From the sequence record NC_041884.1: a stretch of 64,000 nt of DNA; one strand, given 5' to 3'. A program made the translations under genes and the position numbers. The notes below the pieces were generated by a model that did not search any database, had not been told where the DNA came from, and was given only the letters and a program-made list of their open reading frames with translations. Positions 57,656 to 64,000 of the stretch are shown here, one piece after another; positions within the stretch are counted from its first letter, which is position 1; the number at the start of each line of letters is the position of its first letter.

Positions 57656-59783
57656 TACAGAAGATTTAGAAAAAGTAATTCGAGAAAGCGAAGGATTAAT
57701 TACTGATGTTATTAAAAGGTCTAATTCTGCTAACACAGATTTATATAATACTATTATCAAAGCTTCTGAAGGAACACAACAAATAAGAAACAAGATAGCT
57801 ATCTTAGGAGATATGATTACAGACTTAAGTGTAATTAATGCTTCAACTAAAAATAGCATATTCTTAAAAGACTTAGATGTATATAGTTCTAAAAATGTAG
57901 AATTTAATGATAATAAAATAACTTTAAGTAAGACGAATGAGACAGTAGTAGAGTTTGATGCAAAGACTAGTGTTATTACTTCAGGAAAGCCTTATGAAAT
58001 CTTAGACTTAAAGGGTAATACAAAAACATTAGAGAGTTTATTTAAATATAGAGCTTCTTCAAAAATCAGAGCTTCATCAATGGGGTACTCTTATGACTTT
58101 ATACTTAAACTCCCAAAACTAAATAAGATTAACCAGATTGTTATTCAATTACCTATTACCAGTGTTGAATATCCATCTATTCAAAATGTAGAGGCTCTCT
58201 ATGGAACTAATACTTATACAAAGATTAATATTGTTAATAACAACTCTTCTGTATTCTCTTTAGATGAAAATAGAGTTATAGGAAATAAATATATTATTGA
58301 TATTGACACAGTGGAAACTACCGAGCTTAAGTTCACATTATTCTCTAAAGTGTCTCAAGAACTCTTATTAGACTATATCGAATTATACTATTCTGAATTT
58401 GAGTCTGAAGGAGAAATAATATTTGGACCTATAGTTACAGATACTCCTATTCTTAAATTAGGGTTAACTAGCTCAGGATTTAGTGATGGAATCTCTCTAC
58501 AAGTGAGTACAAACGCTATAGATTGGATTGATACTAATGACTCGTTCAAGTTGACAACAGATACTATGCGAAAGGTAGTAGCTTTCAATACTATTAATGA
58601 TTTAAGTTTTAGAACTGAGGAAGAAGTTAATAGTGTGTATATTAAAGTTTCTATCGTATCAAAAGAAGTTGAATCTACTTCATCTTTAATAGCTTATGAC
58701 TCTTACAGAGAAGACGACTCTATTGTTTCGCCGTATATTAGTACAGTAGAGAATAACAGGTTAAGTGCTTTTAGAGTTCGAACTAATGATTTAGTCTATG
58801 GAGCCAATACTTACAGATTAGGAATTGAATTAACAGATAGTATTAAATCTCAAACAGATACTATCACTATGAATGGTGATACTAAGGTATTAGGTTTTAG
58901 TGATACTTTATATTCAATTGGTAAGACAAATAATTCTTATCAGAATGCAGATGTAAAATTAAAACCATTAAGAATTGAGTCTTCATCTAATATCGATGCA
59001 TCTAAATTTGATTCTGTTAGCTCAGAACTTTTTGATATTATTACTATCCCTTTCACTGGGGATGTTAATACTCTTCATACTAGTAATTTTGTTTTAAAGT
59101 TAGTTGGGAAAGAGGATACATATAAACTTGTAGCGTCAACAAGTAAACAGTCTTTGAATATAAGTGTTACCTCTGACTTCTCTCTTAACAACTCTAATAC
59201 AATATTTCAAGTTCCAGATGAAGATATTCTTTTAGTCTCTTCAATAGGCGAAGTATTAAAAGAATATAAGAAAGAAAACCATTATGTGATCATGGATGAC
59301 TCTACTGGAAATTTAATTAATTTTATTAGTTTAGCTGAATCCATATATCAACCGCCATCAATTACTGGATATACTTTTAATCCATTGTATCCTATTCAAG
59401 CTTTATCAAAAGATGAATTTGGAATTTCTGATGGTTATGTTATTCTTGGTAGTGGGTCTATTGTGCATTACAATGGATTTAAAATATCTAAGACAGTGAT
59501 TAACAAACTACTTAATATTAGTTATCAAAATGGAAATACATGGGAACGAATAGATCCATTATATACTTATCATCATCAACAAATAGATCATTCTGTTAGA
59601 GAAAAGAGTGTAATCAAGCTAGACCACATTAGTATTCAAAAAGGATCTTTACAAATCTTTGAATACACAGACTACGATAAAGTAGAAGTAGAGAGCAATG
59701 TCTTTATATCACTTGAAAACAACAATAAGAAGCCTTCAACAGAATATATAGAGTCTGAAGAAAATACATATATTGAGGAATAA
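57642..59783 (+). CDS. virion structural protein (713 aa)
   Basis: Helical N-terminus then beta-sandwich-like segments; GGAG SD. Confidence 0.65.
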   Translation: MRQYDTEDLEKVIRESEGLITDVIKRSNSANTDLYNTIIKASEGTQQIRNKIAILGDMITDLSVINASTKNSIFLKDLDVYSSKNVEFNDNKITLSKTNETVVEFDAKTSVITSGKPYEILDLKGNTKTLESLFKYRASSKIRASSMGYSYDFILKLPKLNKINQIVIQLPITSVEYPSIQNVEALYGTNTYTKINIVNNNSSVFSLDENRVIGNKYIIDIDTVETTELKFTLFSKVSQELLLDYIELYYSEFESEGEIIFGPIVTDTPILKLGLTSSGFSDGISLQVSTNAIDWIDTNDSFKLTTDTMRKVVAFNTINDLSFRTEEEVNSVYIKVSIVSKEVESTSSLIAYDSYREDDSIVSPYISTVENNRLSAFRVRTNDLVYGANTYRLGIELTDSIKSQTDTITMNGDTKVLGFSDTLYSIGKTNNSYQNADVKLKPLRIESSSNIDASKFDSVSSELFDIITIPFTGDVNTLHTSNFVLKLVGKEDTYKLVASTSKQSLNISVTSDFSLNNSNTIFQVPDEDILLVSSIGEVLKEYKKENHYVIMDDSTGNLINFISLAESIYQPPSITGYTFNPLYPIQALSKDEFGISDGYVILGSGSIVHYNGFKISKTVINKLLNISYQNGNTWERIDPLYTYHHQQIDHSVREKSVIKLDHISIQKGSLQIFEYTDYDKVEVESNVFISLENNNKKPSTEYIESEENTYIEE

Positions 59784-59785
59784 TA

Positions 59786-60502
59786 ATGGCTGAATTAACA
59801 GGTAAGTCAATAATTGAATTAACTCAAGCTCCTTCTATTAATGAGACTACGAACATTGTAGTTCAACGACAAGGAAGTCCTAGAGCTGAAAAAACTCAGT
59901 TAAGTGAAGTAGTTAAATTAGTTACTAATAGTACAACTTTGAACGAGAGTGTTCAGTCAACAATATCAGATAACGTATCTTTAAAATTAGGTCAACATGT
60001 ATCTGCTTCAGATCCACATGGGGATAGGTTATTTACCACTTCAACTATGAATAACCATTTAAGCTCTTTAGATCCACATGGAGATAGAGCTTATACAGAT
60101 AGTAAAGTAGCAGCTCACTCTTCTTCAGTTGACCCTCACGGGGATAGAGCTTTCACTATAACTTCTATTACAAATCACTCTAAATCAGAAGATCCACATG
60201 GAGACCGTGCCTATGCATTAGCTCAAATTAATGCGCATAAGGTAGCAACAGATCCACATGGAGATAGAGCTCATGCTTTAAGTCTTATGAATATTCATAA
60301 GACAACAGAAGTTGATCCACACGGAGATAGAGCTTATACAGATGGAGTTGTAAATACACATAAAGATGAGACAGACCCACATGGGTTAAAATCTTTAATA
60401 ACTACACTACTAAATGAGCATAATACAAGTAATTCAATCACATGGTTTAGATGTAAAAAAAAATTTGCTGAGATTCCTAATACAGTCAAATTCAACAGTT
60501 AA
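59786..60502 (+). CDS. tail fibre, N-terminal part with DPHG repeats
   Basis: SIIELTQA...IVVQRQG..AEKTQLSE fibre-type N-terminus; seven DPHG repeats; ends out of frame with 60414-62144. Confidence 0.75.
   Translation: MAELTGKSIIELTQAPSINETTNIVVQRQGSPRAEKTQLSEVVKLVTNSTTLNESVQSTISDNVSLKLGQHVSASDPHGDRLFTTSTMNNHLSSLDPHGDRAYTDSKVAAHSSSVDPHGDRAFTITSITNHSKSEDPHGDRAYALAQINAHKVATDPHGDRAHALSLMNIHKTTEVDPHGDRAYTDGVVNTHKDETDPHGLKSLITTLLNEHNTSNSITWFRCKKKFAEIPNTVKFNS
60011..60446 (+). repeat. 60-bp coding tandem repeat (H-x4/5-DPHG)
   Basis: DPHG codons start at 60011, 60071, 60131, 60191, 60251, 60314 and 60374; a degenerate QSHG starts at 60435 in the +1 frame. Confidence 0.9.
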
Positions 60503-62144
60503 TGCAACATTGAGTCAACGAATTGGAACAACAATTGCTCCTCTTGTAAGTGGAAAAGTTCCAGATCAATATATAAGAACAAATATCTTATTTAGTAATT
60601 TAGCTCAGTTTCCTACTACTGGTTCACTAAATGTATTATACATTGATACATTAACTAGAAAGATGTATGTATGGGCTTCTGGTGGATATAAAGATATTTC
60701 TCCTACTGTTGAGTTAAGTGGTATATCTTTAAGTACAGATAATGTTGCACAAGGCTCTAATCCAGATAGACAGTATTTAACAGCTGATCTTAAAGCAAAC
60801 TATGACTCTAAGCTCTCCAATATCACTTCAACAGGTAGTGGAAAATCTGTACACTTAGTATCTAAAACAGGTGCTAATGCTTTTGTTCGAGGTCTAGATT
60901 CAGATAGTAGTATAAGTATTACTGATAGAGGAGACAGTTTAGTTCTTAATACAAATTATTATAAGTTTGTAGCAAAATACAATGGAACAGTAAAATTAGA
61001 TTCTAAGACTGAACTCTTAAAAGCTATAGATGAAAATGATATAGTTACATTAGAGGGTGACGTATTTGCATATGCTTATAAAGAAGCTGGGGATGTTAAA
61101 TTAATTGATTTCTATAATACATGGAATGTTAAAGCTGTAGTAGCTACTACGGGTACATCAACTCCAATAGCTTCTCCTACAAACCTAGTTATTTCTTCAA
61201 ATGGACTTGTTGTGAGTGGGTCAGGGACTGCTTCTACTACAGCTGAAATTTATAGTGATACAAATCAATTACTAGGTTCAGCAACAACAATTTCTGATGG
61301 TACTTTTACAATTACTTTTGGATCTCCTGAGTTAACAGGTAGAAGATTAAAAGCATACACAGTTACACCAGAAGGGAATAGATCTAAACCTACTTACTTT
61401 TTCTCTAATAATACAACATCTATTAAGGCGATAGATTGTATTTCAATTAGTTCAGATGGGCTAAAATTAAGAGGAAATACATCTAGAGCAAGTACAGTAA
61501 AAGTGTTTAACAGTAGTAATACAGAGCTAGGTTCAGCAACTGCAAATGATTATGGAAACTTTACAGTTACTTTATCCTCTGCTGTACATACTGGAGATAC
61601 AGTCAGAATAGAAGCTACATTAGGTACTACATTAACAGCAAGTGTTCCTTCATATTTAGTAACTATTAAAGATATTCAAGCACCTTATGACATTGAGTAC
61701 AACTTAGATAGAACTGTATTTACAGGTAAAGCAGAACCATTAAGTACAATTACATTCTCTACAACAGCAATAAGTATAAATGCAGTTACTAAAGCTGATG
61801 GATCGTTTGCAATTTATTCTTTTGCAAACCCAATTGCAGGTAGTGGAGATTTAGCTGTAGAAGTTAAACAAGAAACTAGAACAAATGGGATTCTATTAAA
61901 GTTAAATCAATTAGACGCTAAAGTAGCAGATGATCCAGTAGTAAAAGATGCTATTGGAACACACTCTACATCTTTCCTCAATAAAACTGTAACACCAATA
62001 CTAGGTACAGCTGGAAATGCAACATTTGACGTGTTATTGGATTCAATGATTAAGGATATTGAATTAGTAGGTACTAGTCCAACAGGTAAAGAACTTGTAT
62101 GGGAAGCTAATCTTAAAATCATTAAGAAAAATATAGGAGAATAA
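60414..62144 (+). CDS. tail fibre, C-terminal part with three Bap-like Ig repeats (probably continuous with 59786)
   Basis: APLVSGKVPDQY and FPTTG..NVLYID..T.KMYVW fibre motifs; Ig repeats at about 61165-61900; no SD before ATG 60414. Confidence 0.75.
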   Translation: MSIIQVIQSHGLDVKKNLLRFLIQSNSTVNATLSQRIGTTIAPLVSGKVPDQYIRTNILFSNLAQFPTTGSLNVLYIDTLTRKMYVWASGGYKDISPTVELSGISLSTDNVAQGSNPDRQYLTADLKANYDSKLSNITSTGSGKSVHLVSKTGANAFVRGLDSDSSISITDRGDSLVLNTNYYKFVAKYNGTVKLDSKTELLKAIDENDIVTLEGDVFAYAYKEAGDVKLIDFYNTWNVKAVVATTGTSTPIASPTNLVISSNGLVVSGSGTASTTAEIYSDTNQLLGSATTISDGTFTITFGSPELTGRRLKAYTVTPEGNRSKPTYFFSNNTTSIKAIDCISISSDGLKLRGNTSRASTVKVFNSSNTELGSATANDYGNFTVTLSSAVHTGDTVRIEATLGTTLTASVPSYLVTIKDIQAPYDIEYNLDRTVFTGKAEPLSTITFSTTAISINAVTKADGSFAIYSFANPIAGSGDLAVEVKQETRTNGILLKLNQLDAKVADDPVVKDAIGTHSTSFLNKTVTPILGTAGNATFDVLLDSMIKDIELVGTSPTGKELVWEANLKIIKKNIGE

Positions 62145-62147
62145 TAT

Positions 62148-62747
62148 ATGCAGCAACTTCTAAAAGAAGTAGAGTATATAGACGGGGTGCAGGAATTCTT
62201 GGAAGAGAGTTATGTGACAGAATTGTTAAGTAAATCGGAGAACACATTCGTTCTCCCTGTATCTCCTGTAGAGAGTACTATAAGGTTTTCAGGAGATACA
62301 ACACTATTCAATAAACAAGTCTATAATGAAAAAGATTTAACTATAGAAGGATCTTGGTTTTTAGATGATAAGACATTAAAAATTAACCCAAACTATAGAA
62401 CAAGTGAGTACACATACACATATATCACTTATAAGAGAAAGTCTGATACTAAAAAAGAAGGGTTGTTTTCAGTAGACTACACAAACGGGTATTTATATAC
62501 ATCAACACCTATTAAAGATATTGTGATTGAATATAAATATGCTGTTCAGTACGTAGAAGGTCAGAAGATGACTCAAGTTAATCCTAATGAATATACTAAA
62601 GACACGCTATATAGTATTCCAACAGATGAAAGAACAAGATTGAGTTTTCTTTATCAAGTTAAGAATAAGTCAAACAACAACAAGACAAAAGAGTACTATG
62701 AAAATGGGAAAGTGTCTTTAGTAACACTAGGTGATAAAGATGAGTGA
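62148..62747 (+). CDS. hypothetical virion protein
   Basis: AGGAG SD; FSVDYTNGYLY...I.IEYKY motif seen in phage structural proteins. Confidence 0.65.
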   Translation: MQQLLKEVEYIDGVQEFLEESYVTELLSKSENTFVLPVSPVESTIRFSGDTTLFNKQVYNEKDLTIEGSWFLDDKTLKINPNYRTSEYTYTYITYKRKSDTKKEGLFSVDYTNGYLYTSTPIKDIVIEYKYAVQYVEGQKMTQVNPNEYTKDTLYSIPTDERTRLSFLYQVKNKSNNNKTKEYYENGKVSLVTLGDKDE

Positions 62748-64000
62748 AATAGATAACAAGTTTTTCTCCACTTCTTATGGATCTATAGTAGAGAAAATAG
62801 AAGATGTGGATTTAGAAACTAATAAAGGAAGAAGAGAATTAGAGCTTCTTATTAAGAATAAATTTGAGGAGAATGAAAGTTTAGTAGAAGGGACTGAAAA
62901 AAGAATCGTAACAATAAATGACACGATTAAAGAAAATATAGACAAATTACAATATAAAATTAATAAAGTCGTTGAAAAGGTTAGAGGAGCGATAGTAGCT
63001 GAAAGAGGAACTACAGGTACAATATATACAACACAGATACCAATAAACAAACAACAAACGACAAACAAGACAACAACACGAATAGAAGATAATGTAGCCT
63101 TTGGAGTCCCTCTTGATTCTGAAGAATACTCTAGTACTCTTAATCTATTAAGTCTTAAGAATTTAACATTTACTAATTTGTATATTTCCTCATTAAATAA
63201 AGTAAGTACTGATAAATTAGAGAATTTTGTAATTTCTCCTAAACTTCAAACAAACCTACCTATTGAATTTACAATCAATTTAACAGGTTTAATAAGAACT
63301 TCTTCTTCATTAGTATTAGATATGGAAGAACATGGAATTATAGAAATATATAAAAATGGGAGTCTATGGAAAGAAAAATCTTTAATTAAAACCATAGTGA
63401 TTCCAGTTGATATTAATACTGTTTCTATTTCAATTCGTTCATACCCTTCTATACACAGAACAAATAGTTTGAAATTTAATAAAATTGGTTATACAGAATT
63501 AATATATGATTCTACTACATTGTTTGAAAGTAAAAACATAAATATTAATAAATCTCTATATCAATTAGCTATAGATACATGTGATAACAGTAATGACACA
63601 GCTATTCAAATTGATTACTATGTATCTATAAATGATGAGCCATACGAAGCTTTCGCTCCTGTCTCTAAAACTGATGCATTATTTAAACAAGCAATCATTA
63701 CATTAGACAAGACACAAGTCTTAACAATGTATCAGTCACCAGCAATTAAAATTAGTGAAGGTAATTATAGATTTGATATTCCAAATAATCTTCAAACTAA
63801 TTTAATAAATAAGCATGATGTCTATCTTAGAAATTATAAGAAGCTAGGAACAACTGAACTAACAATTGTTACTAAAAAAGATATAGAATTAAACACATTA
63901 GCAATAACTCAAAATACTGCTTACAAACTATATATTAATGACAAAGAAGTAACATCTGAAACATTTAATTTATATGTAGGTATTTCTAAGATAGTAGTGA
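62740..64000 (+). CDS. virion structural protein, partial (runs off the right edge)
   Basis: Not in the ORF track. ATG 62740 overlaps the upstream gene end; MSEIDNKFFSTSYGSIVEKIEDVDLE... stays open for 420 codons. Confidence 0.8.
   Translation, partial: MSEIDNKFFSTSYGSIVEKIEDVDLETNKGRRELELLIKNKFEENESLVEGTEKRIVTINDTIKENIDKLQYKINKVVEKVRGAIVAERGTTGTIYTTQIPINKQQTTNKTTTRIEDNVAFGVPLDSEEYSSTLNLLSLKNLTFTNLYISSLNKVSTDKLENFVISPKLQTNLPIEFTINLTGLIRTSSSLVLDMEEHGIIEIYKNGSLWKEKSLIKTIVIPVDINTVSISIRSYPSIHRTNSLKFNKIGYTELIYDSTTLFESKNININKSLYQLAIDTCDNSNDTAIQIDYYVSINDEPYEAFAPVSKTDALFKQAIITLDKTQVLTMYQSPAIKISEGNYRFDIPNNLQTNLINKHDVYLRNYKKLGTTELTIVTKKDIELNTLAITQNTAYKLYINDKEVTSETFNLYVGISKIVV

Noticed and set aside
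60011-60446. 60-bp periodic repeat as a CRISPR array
   Set aside because: The repeats are in-frame coding units with synonymous variation, and no cas genes are present.
2650-63068. All minus-strand ORFs in the track that overlap the late genes (e.g. 17118-17600, 33135-33695, 53882-54205)
   Set aside because: They are antisense shadows of long plus-strand genes, with Ser/Leu-rich low-complexity translations and no SD or recognisable motifs.
1-64000. tRNA/rRNA genes, self-splicing introns or an alternative genetic code
   Set aside because: No intergenic gap is large enough or shows cloverleaf or intron features, and ORFs tile the window under the standard code with TAA and TGA used as stops.

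Overview
AT-rich (roughly 30% GC by eye), densely coding 64-kb segment of a large contractile-tailed (myovirus-type, probably jumbo) phage of a Gram-negative host. The host is inferred from the endolysin type and the Bap-like Ig domains; an Acinetobacter-like host is plausible but cannot be verified here. Two small leftward genes and a divergent intergenic region are followed by one long rightward late region. It runs in this order: lysis genes, packaging genes (putative TerS and TerL, each with a mini-intein; a gp4/TnsA-like nuclease; a DEDDh exonuclease), portal, protease-scaffold, major capsid protein, neck, sheath, tube and two tube paralogues, chaperones, a tape-measure-like protein, baseplate and fibres. 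The main discovery is the 1603-aa ORF at 33172-37983, inside the tail module. It carries, in the correct order, the catalytic motifs of both barrels of two-barrel RNA polymerases, with a non-canonical DHDQD metal-binding loop, so it is probably a single-chain virion RNA polymerase. Other points of interest are a 2329-aa hub protein combining lysozyme-like, thermonuclease and M23 domains; a catalytically degenerate lysozyme behind a two-state RNA hairpin; and two +1 frame breaks that may be recoding events or sequencing errors. All family assignments come from motif recognition by eye; no searches were run.
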